From: an uncultured archaeon
GTDB lineage: Archaea > Thermoplasmatota > Penumbrarchaeia > JASLWR01
Direction of reading: 5' to 3'
DNA length: 64,000 nucleotides
NCBI GenBank assembly: GCA_964342815.1
Contig: CAYFHS010000017.1
Location: forward strand, 1-64,000
Position numbers and translations under genes: made by a program. Below are positions 27,306-37,428 of the stretch, piece after piece. Every line of letters starts with the position of its first letter. The stretch's first letter is position 1. The notes beneath the pieces are model-generated. The model searched no databases. It worked only from the letters and a program-made list of their open reading frames with translations, and was not told where the DNA came from.

Positions 27306-30300
27306 ATGAATGAAAATGAACAAGCTAAGCAACCTTCAGCCGTAAAGAAGAGAGCTGTTAAGAAGGCTGTAAAAAAGGCCGTAAAAAAGAAGGTTAGGAC
27401 TCCAAAGGGAACTCCAGCCAAAGCTCAGCCAACAAAGCTCGACAAACTTATCGCCAAGAGTCGGAAAATTTACCGGGACTACGTTCGAAAGATCGAGCTT
27501 CTGGAAGGATCCGGAGCGGATATGAGCAGTATCGCCATTAACAGGGAAAGTGCCGCTCAGATGGTGGATTCCATCGTGTCCACTGCCGAATTGAAACAGT
27601 TCTTCGCTATATGCAAGGAACTGAACAGCGGTCTTGGAGACATTCAGAAGACATTTACCACCGATCTCATCAATGCTTTAAAGGGCGGTGTGGAAACGCT
27701 GGAATCCCTGGGAAAGGACGTTTCACTTGTAAATGAATCCATTGCGGCTGAGGAGGCAGCAGTTCAGAATGTTAAAATGAGCAATAAAGAACTTGAAGCC
27801 GCATTAAATCAGATCAACGAGATACGCCTCTGGATAAAAACAGAGACACAGAGGGAACCCGAAACCGATGACAAGACCGTAACAGAGGAGGAAACGGTGG
27901 TTGAGGCAGCTCCAATAGAGGCCGAAATGGACACTGCTGTGGAGACGCGGGAAGAACCTGTTTCTGAAGATGAGACCGCAACCGAGACAGAAACAACATC
28001 AGCTGAAGCAGAAACAGCTGTTGACGATACAGCTGCAGAGGAACATGAGAAAGAGAAAGTAGAGGAAACCGCGGAAGCCGAATCACCATCTCCCGAGGAA
28101 ATAGAACGAGAACAACTGAGGCGGAAGATGGCAGAGCTTGTCAATAATGCATATTTGAGCATCCAGAGCGCACAAGAAGAGAACTCGCTTCAATTCGGTG
28201 AAGCCTTGGAGATGGTTGAGAGGGCCGGGAACCTTATCTCGTCCGGTAATTATGACGACGTCGAAAGTCTGCTTCAGATGGTCCCACTTTCGATAGACAC
28301 CGAGATCGAGCTTTGGAAGAGCGTCGGAAATAAGTTGGAAAAATGCCGAAAAGATCTGATCCAGGCAACGCAGCAGGGAATCAACTGCGACGAGATCAAG
28401 CTCAAGTTCACTGCTACAAGGGAATTATTCGATTCCGGAAAATTTTCCGAAGCAAATGAATCAGCGACTACTTTGGACACCGAGATTGCTCAAATCGTGG
28501 AGGATTTCAACCATACTGTAAAGAAGATCGAAGAGGTCAAATCCAACGTCACACTTGCAAGACAGGAAGAAATTGATGTATCTGAAGAGATCGGTAAATT
28601 CCAGTTCCTCAAATCATTTATGGCGGCAGGAGAATACAAACGGGCACAGGACACTCTCTTGGTTGTAAATGAAGCCGTAATGAAAAAGAGAAAGTATCGG
28701 GTAAGTGAAGAGATCAATCAGACAAAGATAATCCTGGGGAAGGCCCCTGAGTATATCGATGTGACGGAGCCTTTGTCCATACTTGATCGAGCCGGGGAAG
28801 AGCTTGAAAATGACGAGATCGATAAGGCCCTGGAAAGCGTCAAGGAGAGCAAAGAGCTGTCCATGAATATCAGGGAAAAGTACCTGGAACTCGTGGAAAA
28901 ATCAAATTCCATATCAAGCAGGATTCAGGAATTGAGTGAATTCGGCATCGATACCGGGGGGATACTGGAGGAATATTCCATTGGAAAGGAAGAACTGAAA
29001 AAGGGAGATTTTGGTCTATGTTCAGAGCACTTTGAGCTAGCCTTAAATGAAATAGAATCCCTGGAAAGTGGGGCAAGAGACAAGAACAAGGGGACAATCA
29101 TAGAGGATCTGAACACGTTAGGGTCCGAGATTGCGGAGTTGGAGGAAGAATATCCGGATGATGACACCTCCGGATTGAAAGAAGAACACACCCAATATCA
29201 GGAAGAATTTGAAGAGGCGCAAAGCCTGGATGATATCAGGAATTTGAAAAACAGCGTTGATGAGCTTGGGAAGAAAATCGGGGAAAAGAAGCAAGAATTG
29301 GCACGGTTGGCCCTGGAAAAGAGAGAACGGGCAATTCAGGGTGAATACAATGAAAAGGTTCAGCGATGCAGAATGCTCATGGAGGATATCGGTCTGCAGA
29401 CGGATATAGAAAATGAGAAAAAAAAGGTACAAGACAGTATTATAAAAGCACAAGGTGGGGATATCACCGAGGCGCTAACGTCCATCAACCAGATATACAA
29501 CGAGCTAATAGAGAAGAAAAAAGAACTGGATATCCGGGTGGAGATAGGTCTTGGAGGAAAAGGGTTCGAAGTGGGCATGTGGGGAGAAGCTCTCGTAAAG
29601 GCCGGTAACGTTGGCAGCTTCCCTATCTCGGGACTCTCGGTTCGACTTGAAGGTCCTTTCGAGATGAGGAGAGGGATCAGTTTCGACCGTATCGATCCCC
29701 AAGATATAAAGACCACCTCTGTTGCCATCAAGTTCACCGGCGTCGGCCGTATCCCGGTTGACATAACTCTGGATTTCACCTCGGAGCCCGACGGTGTCAC
29801 ACGTCATAAAACGTTGATGCGATGGGCTGAAGTGAACAAGAAAGCGCCCTATGAAGTAAACATGGACTTTCAAGAGCCTGAAAAGAAAAAAGCAATACAA
29901 AAAAGTTCTTCTGCCCTGAAGGAAAAGACGTCAATGAGAATGATACCAAAGGAAAGCCGAAAACCGATAAAGGCATCACCCCTCGATACCTGCCCCGTGT
30001 GCCGGATGGCCGTGGAAAAGGGAGCGCTGAAATACCTCTGCGGTTGTACCCAGATGTATCACAAGAAATGCGCAGAAAAGGTGAACAATAACAGCTGTCT
30101 TTCCTGCGGTGTAGCGCTCTTCGAAAACGATAAAATGATCTTGACGTCGTGTTCGATATGTCAAATGGACGTTTGGCACGATGACGAGATGATTGCTCAC
30201 GACTGTGGAGAGTACTATCACAGGAACTGCATCCTCTCTGCCGGAAGCTGCAAGAACTGCTTTGCCCCCGTGGATTCCAGTACCGGTTTTATTCTGTCCA

Positions 30301-30785
30301 CATGCATGGTATGCCACGAAATAGTAAGGGATGACGACGACCACCGAAGATGCAAATGCGGTGAAGCATATCACACTCCCTGTTACGCTAGGGTGAACTT
30401 CTGCGTCAGGTGCGGTATTAATATAAATCCTTCCGCAATGGCAAAATACCCACCAATCACAGAGGCCGAGGAGACAAGAGACCAAAAACCAGCGGAGAAA
30501 AAGTCAGCCATCATGGCACCCGTTGCCGTGGAAAGTAAAAAACCCGTGCAAATAAAGCCGGAAATGAAACCGGTTGTAAGAGAAGGTGTCACTACAGACA
30601 CCACCCCGGATCAAAGCACTTCGACCTCAGCTGATGACAGTGCTAAAGTGGAGACAGAAAGCCCAAAGGCTGAAAAAGAGGAAAAGGAAGCAGAAAGCTC
30701 GGAAGAGGTTTCGGCCGAGTCCGGAGACACTGAATTAGGGGATGACCTTGATTCACTTCTAGACGACCTCGAGGAAACGTTATAG
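27306..30785 (+). CDS. Large coiled-coil protein with an Ig/CARDB-like domain and three tandem RING/PHD-like Zn fingers
   Basis: Long E/K-rich helical region; beta domain ALVKAGNVG...IPVDITLDF; three C-x2-C-x12-C/H-x-C-x4-H-x2-C-x6-8-C-x2-C units; acidic tail; TATA TTTATATA upstream. Confidence 0.8.
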   Translation: MNENEQAKQPSAVKKRAVKKAVKKAVKKKVRTPKGTPAKAQPTKLDKLIAKSRKIYRDYVRKIELLEGSGADMSSIAINRESAAQMVDSIVSTAELKQFFAICKELNSGLGDIQKTFTTDLINALKGGVETLESLGKDVSLVNESIAAEEAAVQNVKMSNKELEAALNQINEIRLWIKTETQREPETDDKTVTEEETVVEAAPIEAEMDTAVETREEPVSEDETATETETTSAEAETAVDDTAAEEHEKEKVEETAEAESPSPEEIEREQLRRKMAELVNNAYLSIQSAQEENSLQFGEALEMVERAGNLISSGNYDDVESLLQMVPLSIDTEIELWKSVGNKLEKCRKDLIQATQQGINCDEIKLKFTATRELFDSGKFSEANESATTLDTEIAQIVEDFNHTVKKIEEVKSNVTLARQEEIDVSEEIGKFQFLKSFMAAGEYKRAQDTLLVVNEAVMKKRKYRVSEEINQTKIILGKAPEYIDVTEPLSILDRAGEELENDEIDKALESVKESKELSMNIREKYLELVEKSNSISSRIQELSEFGIDTGGILEEYSIGKEELKKGDFGLCSEHFELALNEIESLESGARDKNKGTIIEDLNTLGSEIAELEEEYPDDDTSGLKEEHTQYQEEFEEAQSLDDIRNLKNSVDELGKKIGEKKQELARLALEKRERAIQGEYNEKVQRCRMLMEDIGLQTDIENEKKKVQDSIIKAQGGDITEALTSINQIYNELIEKKKELDIRVEIGLGGKGFEVGMWGEALVKAGNVGSFPISGLSVRLEGPFEMRRGISFDRIDPQDIKTTSVAIKFTGVGRIPVDITLDFTSEPDGVTRHKTLMRWAEVNKKAPYEVNMDFQEPEKKKAIQKSSSALKEKTSMRMIPKESRKPIKASPLDTCPVCRMAVEKGALKYLCGCTQMYHKKCAEKVNNNSCLSCGVALFENDKMILTSCSICQMDVWHDDEMIAHDCGEYYHRNCILSAGSCKNCFAPVDSSTGFILSTCMVCHEIVRDDDDHRRCKCGEAYHTPCYARVNFCVRCGININPSAMAKYPPITEAEETRDQKPAEKKSAIMAPVAVESKKPVQIKPEMKPVVREGVTTDTTPDQSTSTSADDSAKVETESPKAEKEEKEAESSEEVSAESGDTELGDDLDSLLDDLEETL

Positions 30786-30844
30786 GAGCCGCTGGGGAAT
30801 CATAAAATAATTTTTTTCTATAATCGATAGTAGTGTGAATTAAA

Positions 30845-32380
30845 ATGACCGAGGATAAAGGAGCACAGGATCGAACGCTTGGAAACTGGCGTCGAACCCA
30901 TTACTGCGGCGACATATGGAAATATTCCTACGGGAGAACGGTTGTGGTAGGCGGGTGGATACAAGAGCTGAGGAACCTAGGAGGAGTGGCGTTTTTAAAG
31001 CTGCGGGACCGGACAGGAACCCTGCAGATCACTCTTGAAAAGAGCACGATACCGGAAATTTTCGACTCTCTCTCGGACCTCTCGAGAGAAAGCGTGATAA
31101 TGGTAAAGGGAAAGGTTATGGAAAATCCACGTGCTCCAAGGGGTTTCGAGATCATACCTGAGGAGGTGAAGGTTCTGGCCGAGTCCGCAGTACCCCTGCC
31201 GCTGGGTGTGTCAGACAAGGTGTTTGCAGAGCTGGACACGCGGCTGGATAAGCGATTTCTGGATCTCAGAAAGAGAGAAATTTATTCTATCTTCAAGATA
31301 AAGGGCGAGATACTGGATGCCATGGTCAGGGGACTTCAGGGGCTGGGTTTCGTTCAAGTGCAGACACCCAAGATCGTCGCCACGGCTACCGAAGGAGGTA
31401 CCGAGCTTTTCGAGGTAGATTATTTCAAGAACAAATGTTATCTGAACCAGTCGCCACAGCTGTACAAGCAAATGCTCATGGGTGCCGGTTTCGACCGGGT
31501 GTTCGAAATAGGCCCGGCCTTCAGGGCGGAAGAGCATGATACGGTCAGACATTTAAACGAGTTCATTTCCATAGATATCGAAATGTCCTTTGCGGACGAG
31601 TGGGATGCAATGGACGTTCTCGAGAAGGTGGTCCGTTCCGCCGTTGAGAGAGCTTCCGAATGCAAAAAGGAGATCGAGTCCATAAACGACGGCCGGAAAA
31701 CGCTTAATAAACTCATAAACAAGGTAAATCAAAACGTGGCTGTCACTAATAAAAGAATCAAAAAGGAGAACCAGAGGGCGAAGGCGGTAGGTGAAGAGCC
31801 AAAACAGCTGTTGAAACCAAAAGAAAAGTTTGATACACTCGACATCAAGCCAATCGAAAAGACGATTCTAAGCTACATGGACAACTACGATGCGGAAAAG
31901 GCAAAGAAAGCCGGAATGCCGAGAGTGAAATACGAGGAATGCATCGAAATTGCGCAGGCCAAGAGAATAGACGTCGATTTCGGCGAGGACCTTTCAATGG
32001 AGGCCATGAAGGTAATAGCGGAAGTTTACCCGTCGTATTATTTCATTACGCACTGGCCTACGGAGATAAAACCATTTTACGTACAGCCTTACGAGAACAC
32101 GCCTGAGGTCTGCCGGTCCTTCGACCTGAACTTCGGGCCAAAAGAGATCACTTCGGGGGCACAGCGCGTTCACGACATAGAGTTACTGGAATCGAATTTG
32201 AAGGCAAAAAACCTTGATCCAAAGAATTTCGATTTTTATCTTGACCCGTTCAGGTTCGGAATGCCGCCGCATGCAGGGTGGGGGCTTGGTCTCGAGCGCT
32301 TGATGATGGTTCTGACGGGGGTTCGAAATGTGCGGGAGGTCGTGCTGTTCCCGAGGGATAGATATAGGCTTGTACCGTGA
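30845..32380 (+). CDS. aspS: Archaeal-type aspartate-tRNA(Asp/Asn) ligase, probably non-discriminating, with an internal insertion
   Basis: RRTHY, TRLDKRFLDLR, ATEGGTELF, LNQSPQLYKQ, FRAEEH...RHLNEF, GMPPHAGWGLGLER, FPRDR. Confidence 0.95.
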   Translation: MTEDKGAQDRTLGNWRRTHYCGDIWKYSYGRTVVVGGWIQELRNLGGVAFLKLRDRTGTLQITLEKSTIPEIFDSLSDLSRESVIMVKGKVMENPRAPRGFEIIPEEVKVLAESAVPLPLGVSDKVFAELDTRLDKRFLDLRKREIYSIFKIKGEILDAMVRGLQGLGFVQVQTPKIVATATEGGTELFEVDYFKNKCYLNQSPQLYKQMLMGAGFDRVFEIGPAFRAEEHDTVRHLNEFISIDIEMSFADEWDAMDVLEKVVRSAVERASECKKEIESINDGRKTLNKLINKVNQNVAVTNKRIKKENQRAKAVGEEPKQLLKPKEKFDTLDIKPIEKTILSYMDNYDAEKAKKAGMPRVKYEECIEIAQAKRIDVDFGEDLSMEAMKVIAEVYPSYYFITHWPTEIKPFYVQPYENTPEVCRSFDLNFGPKEITSGAQRVHDIELLESNLKAKNLDPKNFDFYLDPFRFGMPPHAGWGLGLERLMMVLTGVRNVREVVLFPRDRYRLVP

Positions 32381-32428
32381 TTAATGTATAGCGGATTCGC
32401 GAAGTTGCGGGGGCGGCAGGTTTCTTTC

Positions 32429-32848
32429 TCATAACCCGATTATCGGTATTTCTTTGACATTTCTGAATTCAGAATCAGTAGTAATGATATAATCTGCCTC
32501 ATGCTCCATAGCAGTAGCAAGGCAAAATGCGTCGCCCCATGCAAAAGGCTCCTTCGAGGAGGCGTATTTCTGCTTCTTTATAGATGCCAAACAGGCAGTT
32601 TCAACACTCGGTGTAACAATATACAATCGGGATTCTCTCAGCCAGGTGACATACTTATCGGCTTTCTCTTCGGAAATGATCCTTGTCATAGCTCTATGGA
32701 ATTCAGCCAGGTTCACAACCGACAATATCCCTTCATATTTACCCTTTTCAATGTTAACCATAATCCTTTCGATGTCCTTGCTAACCGTATCATCGGTTAT
32801 ATAAACAACCAGGGCAGTAGCATCAAAGCAGTATTTCATATGATTCAC
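32429..32848 (-). CDS. vapC: VapC PIN-domain toxin
   Basis: CFDATAL, VNLAEF, WGDAFCLATA, IITTDSEF; GTGA overlap with the upstream antitoxin. Confidence 0.88.
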   Translation of the reverse strand: MNHMKYCFDATALVVYITDDTVSKDIERIMVNIEKGKYEGILSVVNLAEFHRAMTRIISEEKADKYVTWLRESRLYIVTPSVETACLASIKKQKYASSKEPFAWGDAFCLATAMEHEADYIITTDSEFRNVKEIPIIGL

Positions 32849-33105
32849 TTCCCTTGTTCAGCGTTTATCTCCTCATTTCTCAAATCCTCGAGAATCTTCC
32901 TGACATTCTTATTTGTCTTTATAGAGCCCCGCATCTTCTGAAGTGGATTGCTGGGTACTTTGAACATCACTATTTCATCACCCTTCTTAAGAAATGAAAT
33001 GTTGTCTCCTACCTTCAAATCAGTTGTTTTCCGAATTTCCTTTGGGATCGTGATTCGAAATCTAGGTGATACGCATACGACAGTCATTATATCCCTCAAT
33101 TTCAT
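32845..33105 (-). CDS. AbrB/MazE/SpoVT-family antitoxin
   Basis: VSPRFRITIPKEIRK...LKVGD.I.F. Confidence 0.88.
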   Translation of the reverse strand: MKLRDIMTVVCVSPRFRITIPKEIRKTTDLKVGDNISFLKKGDEIVMFKVPSNPLQKMRGSIKTNKNVRKILEDLRNEEINAEQGK

Positions 33106-33136
33106 TTTTTACTGATATAATTAATAAATGTCCAAC

Positions 33137-33148
33137 AACATATATGTT
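33137..33148. promoter_or_regulatory. Perfect 12-bp palindrome overlapping a TATA-like box; candidate TA autoregulatory operator
   Basis: AACATATATGTT, 32-43 nt upstream of the antitoxin start. Confidence 0.4.
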
Positions 33149-33272
33149 TTACGGGTAAATTATTATTAATGTGGGTTTTGAGTGAATCCCTAGCAATGGA
33201 CACATGGAATAGCTCTGAATGATTTTATACATAAAGATATAAGATAGCATGATGATAGTAAAAATGATATAT

Positions 33273-33518
33273 ATGCATGATACACAAGTAATCTTCAGGA
33301 TCGATTAGGGTTTGCCGACGCAACTGGACAGTAGAATACATATTTCCGGATACAAAACGAGAAACGAATGGTTCAAAGCGGAAGTAAGAGAATTTGTTAA
33401 AGAAGTCGATAAAAGGAAAATGCTCAAGAAGTTGGAAAAATTAACAATCGAGGATATTACCGCGGATGAATTTGTCCAGATGGTCAAGGATTGGCGCAAG
33501 GGTAAGGGGAGTAATTGA
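33273..33518 (+). pseudogene. Ribbon-helix-helix antitoxin interrupted by an in-frame TAG
   Basis: MHDTQVIFRID*GLPTQLDSRIHISGYKTRNEWFKAEVREFV; TAG at 33306-33308. Confidence 0.6.
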
Positions 33519-33616
33519 GGATAATAACTGATACAAACGTCCTTATAGCGATGCTGATCAAAACGGGTTTAGTAAGAAAAACGATTATAAACAATCTTGT
33601 GGTACATGGGCTGTAG
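33515..33616 (+). pseudogene. Truncated N-terminus of a PIN-family toxin
   Basis: TTGA overlap with the RHH stop; (M)RIITDTNVLIAMLIKTG..R matches the PIN start motif hhhDTNVLh; stops after 33 aa. Confidence 0.6.
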
Positions 33617-33637
33617 CGTGCGCTTCCTCTGTATGTA

Positions 33638-34591
33638 TTAGTGAAATTTAGTCACAAACTTATGTAAAAAAAGAACAGCTATAAATAAGCCTATGACCAA
33701 ATAGGATAACTCAAATCCCGGTATGATTTCATCATCCGCCATCTCACCCCCCGACTTCATCTTTCCATCTCCATTCGTACCATTTTCCTCCCCGGTTATA
33801 TTCAGGAAAAGCTCATAGACCTGTTCATCCATCTCATCTCCAGTGCGCAGGACCGTATAAACGTCGAATGAGTTCAAATTTATAAGGGCGTTTGTAGGAA
33901 CAGACACGGTAATACCGACTAATTCTTCACGACTCTTATCTATAATAAAATTAGATTTATCATTTTCAAAAGTCCAGCTCTGCTCGACCATATCATCTAT
34001 TTCATTTATTTCCATGCTAATGCTTGCTTCTGCATTTCCATCATTTTTTACTTTCAACTGGAACAAAACACTTTCTCCGGGTAACGCTTCAATATATGGA
34101 TCCCAACATGAAACAGTTAACATGGCGTACTCGGCTATTCGAATTATTCCCTTTGCAGACGGAAGGTTCGATAATAATGCACCAGGATATGTCTTTATCG
34201 TACCATTGATAATGATCTCTTCTACCCGAGTGGCTGAAGTAAAGTTCGGAACCCTAACTACCGCTTCAAATTCTTTAGGAACATCTGTCTCCTGTGGATC
34301 CCAGCTCATGGTTGTGGGTGAAATGGAGGCAGGCCAAGGAGCTTCTATTGTTAATGATACCACTACCATCTGCACATTTTTCCCAATTCCGGTCAAGTTC
34401 ACCTTAACTTCACCAGTGAAGTTTACTATGCCATCCTCACCGGGCCCGACCTCGGCGACCTGTTCAGATTGATGTAGAATTATCTCCCCTGAAGGTTGAG
34501 ATGCAATCGACATCTCGGGAATAATTATTATTGTCAATGTAATTAAGAAGATAACGAATAGGAAAACAGTGAAGAACCGGCTTATGTTCAT
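33638..34591 (-). CDS. Choice-of-anchor T-like surface protein with PGF-CTERM-like anchor
   Basis: GGAGG RBS; signal anchor; V.PG..G.V.FTG.V, W.ASISP..M; ends IPGFELSYLVIGLFIAVLFLHK. Confidence 0.75.
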   Translation of the reverse strand: MNISRFFTVFLFVIFLITLTIIIIPEMSIASQPSGEIILHQSEQVAEVGPGEDGIVNFTGEVKVNLTGIGKNVQMVVVSLTIEAPWPASISPTTMSWDPQETDVPKEFEAVVRVPNFTSATRVEEIIINGTIKTYPGALLSNLPSAKGIIRIAEYAMLTVSCWDPYIEALPGESVLFQLKVKNDGNAEASISMEINEIDDMVEQSWTFENDKSNFIIDKSREELVGITVSVPTNALINLNSFDVYTVLRTGDEMDEQVYELFLNITGEENGTNGDGKMKSGGEMADDEIIPGFELSYLVIGLFIAVLFLHKFVTKFH

Positions 34592-34773
34592 TCGGATTCC
34601 TCCAATAATAAAATACAATTTCTTTCATATAAATATCCTTTGTCAAGTTTAGAAAAATAAAGTTTTGTTCGACAACTATTGATTCTTACTTGTTGATTCG
34701 CTTGTACTCTATTATTTATATAATGAAAACCTTATTTTACAATGTATCTCGACAAAATCCTAAAGGAATTGCC

Positions 34774-37428
34774 ATGTATTTGAAAAAAACGGTTACTCTG
34801 GCGTTGACTCTGCTCCTCCTCTCATCATATTGTATCATCGGTTTTGATCTAACTCAACCAGAGAAAAGGGAAGCGCACCTATCAACTAGCGTGATACAGA
34901 GTAAAGATGATCCATACATAAGAACCAGGTTCGCAGGCGGGGATGGTACTAAAGAAAATCCGTATCAGATATCTAATGTTACGCAGCTGCAGGATATGAA
35001 TTTGGATTTGTCTGCGAATTATACTTTAACTAATAACATTGATGCTTCAGAGACGACGACTTGGGATTCTGGTAAAGGATTCGAATCCATTGGGGACGAT
35101 TACAAAGCTAGATTCATCGGAAAAATAGATGGCCAAGGGTATCAAATCTCAGACCTTTATATTGAAAGACCGACCGAGAATCCTGTTGGACTTTTCGAAT
35201 GTATAGGTAATGGAGGACATATCAGCAATATTTCAATAGTTGATAGTCAAGTTGTTGGCGATTGGAATGTTGGAGTGATGGTGGGATTGAATTATGGTAT
35301 AGTTCAGAATTGCCTGGGAACAGGATATATGAGCGGAGAATGGAGCGTAGGTGGGTTAGTAGGTGAGAATAGAGGTATGGTTAACAATTGCTTGGCAATA
35401 GGAAATGTGTGGGGCGGATTTATGATTGGTGGATTAGTGGGTGAGAATACAGAGACTGTTCAGAACAGCTCAGCAACAGGAAATGTGAATGGAGAATCGG
35501 ATGTTGGGGGTTTAGTGGGTTGGAATACTGGAGTGGTTCAGAACAGTTCTTCAGCGGGGAATGTGAGTGGAGAGTATGGCATTGGCGGATTAGTGGGATA
35601 TAATTCAGACACGATACAGAATTGCTTTTCAAACACTAATATATCTGGATATGCGGAAATCGGAGGACTGGTGGGATTAAACTATGAGAGAATCGAAAAT
35701 TCGTTCTATTGTATTAATACAACCACTATAAATCGAAGAAACGTAATTTCTCGCTATGGAATCCTTAAAAAACAATTTGATCAGTGGATAGTTAATGGAA
35801 AAACACTCAACATAGATGATTATCTTTCCAAGATCATTGGTTCGGATTACTACAATATTTCAAATACATCAGATATAAAAGAAATGCTTCCTTTCGCGGC
35901 ATATGGTGAGTATAATTTTAAACAGACCGCCGATATCGATATGTTATCCGAACCTAACCTATACATTCCCATATTAAATTCAGGAAAATATGATGGATCC
36001 GGTTATTTGATATCGAACATGAAAGTCACTATTCGTGAGTTTTCAAAAATTGGATTTTTTGGGATTCTTGGTAAAAAAGCAACTATTACTAATGTTACAC
36101 TAATTAAGAATAACATACATGGTTTTGATTATATTGGCGGTCTTGTGGGTCATAATTATGGTGAAATCAAGAACTGTACGATTAGTGGAAACATTGCGGG
36201 TCGCAGAGATGTCGGAGGGCTTGTAGGAGTGAATACTGGCATTATTGAGAACTCATCCTCACGTGCAAATACATCAGGCGATAGGAATATTGGTGGATTG
36301 GTAGGCTCTAACTATATAAACATAATAAATTCGTTCTCAATGGGTAATATATATGGAATTATTGGATGGAACTTTAGTAATGTTGGAGGATTTGTTGGGT
36401 ATAATCATGGAACAATAAAACGATGTATTACAAAAACTAATGTATTTGGAAATTATGGTGTTGGTGGTTTTGTTGGAGAGAACTCAGGTGGATTTGAAGG
36501 TGGTATTATTAAAAAATCATCAACGACTGCGAATGTATCCGGTATTGGATATGTTGGTGGATTCGTTGGGGAAAATAGTGGAGCCATAAAAGAAAGTTAT
36601 TCAGATACAAATGTATCTGGTGAATATTATGTTGGAGGATTTGTTGGATTGTATTCCGGTGGATCGTCATTGTTTTGTATTATTGAAAACTGCTATTCAA
36701 AAAGCATAGTTTTTGGGAATTTTAGTGTCGGTGGTTTTGTTGGAAACCATACAAATCGCTCAATACGCCCGGGTGTTTTCAAAAATTGTTATTCAATAGG
36801 TAAACTGTATGGTAACTATTCTATTGGAGGTTTTTTAGGGGGGGAAACTAGCCCGATAATCAATAATAGTTACTGGGATATAGAAGCATCCGGTATAAGT
36901 TCAAGTGGAGCTGGCAAGGGGATAATGACCTTTGAAATGATGACCAAAAGCACTTTCACAGAGGCGGGTTGGGATTTTGGTGAAATATGGGCAATTAACG
37001 AATATGTCGAACCCCCTCATTTTCAATGGGAAAAACGACCATCTATTGTAGCTGATGATTCCGATAATGACAGTATTCCAGATATCATAGACGATTTTCC
37101 TCTTGATCCTTCTGCATCCTTAGATCTGGACAACGACAAGAAACCGGACCGGTGGAATCCCGGTATGAACCAAAGTGACTCAACGTCGACCCCTCCATTA
37201 GAACTGGATATATACCCAAACGATCCTGAAAACAAAGCACCGGATGAAGATGGTCCTGAAATCCCAACAGATAGTAGTTCAAAGACCTGGATTTGGATCT
37301 CGGTGACCGTTGTGGTTATATTATTTAACGCCATTATTATTGTTGTATCAGTCAAGGGTAAAAGAAAGCCACCGGAAAATGAAGAAAAAGATAATCTTGG
37401 TAGGGTTAACGCCAATAAAGACCGTTAG
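34774..37428 (+). CDS. GLUG-motif surface protein with TSP3-like Ca-binding repeat and C-terminal TM
   Basis: FAGGDGTKENPYQISN..QLQ; many GG(L/F)VG.N repeats; DSDNDSIPD..D.FP.DP; TM WIWISVTVVVILFNAIIIVVSV. Confidence 0.88.
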   Translation: MYLKKTVTLALTLLLLSSYCIIGFDLTQPEKREAHLSTSVIQSKDDPYIRTRFAGGDGTKENPYQISNVTQLQDMNLDLSANYTLTNNIDASETTTWDSGKGFESIGDDYKARFIGKIDGQGYQISDLYIERPTENPVGLFECIGNGGHISNISIVDSQVVGDWNVGVMVGLNYGIVQNCLGTGYMSGEWSVGGLVGENRGMVNNCLAIGNVWGGFMIGGLVGENTETVQNSSATGNVNGESDVGGLVGWNTGVVQNSSSAGNVSGEYGIGGLVGYNSDTIQNCFSNTNISGYAEIGGLVGLNYERIENSFYCINTTTINRRNVISRYGILKKQFDQWIVNGKTLNIDDYLSKIIGSDYYNISNTSDIKEMLPFAAYGEYNFKQTADIDMLSEPNLYIPILNSGKYDGSGYLISNMKVTIREFSKIGFFGILGKKATITNVTLIKNNIHGFDYIGGLVGHNYGEIKNCTISGNIAGRRDVGGLVGVNTGIIENSSSRANTSGDRNIGGLVGSNYINIINSFSMGNIYGIIGWNFSNVGGFVGYNHGTIKRCITKTNVFGNYGVGGFVGENSGGFEGGIIKKSSTTANVSGIGYVGGFVGENSGAIKESYSDTNVSGEYYVGGFVGLYSGGSSLFCIIENCYSKSIVFGNFSVGGFVGNHTNRSIRPGVFKNCYSIGKLYGNYSIGGFLGGETSPIINNSYWDIEASGISSSGAGKGIMTFEMMTKSTFTEAGWDFGEIWAINEYVEPPHFQWEKRPSIVADDSDNDSIPDIIDDFPLDPSASLDLDNDKKPDRWNPGMNQSDSTSTPPLELDIYPNDPENKAPDEDGPEIPTDSSSKTWIWISVTVVVILFNAIIIVVSVKGKRKPPENEEKDNLGRVNANKDR

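Noticed and set aside
33306-33308. Pyrrolysine readthrough of the in-frame TAG
   Set aside because: TAG terminates conserved genes here (moeB, thi4) and no pyl genes are in the window
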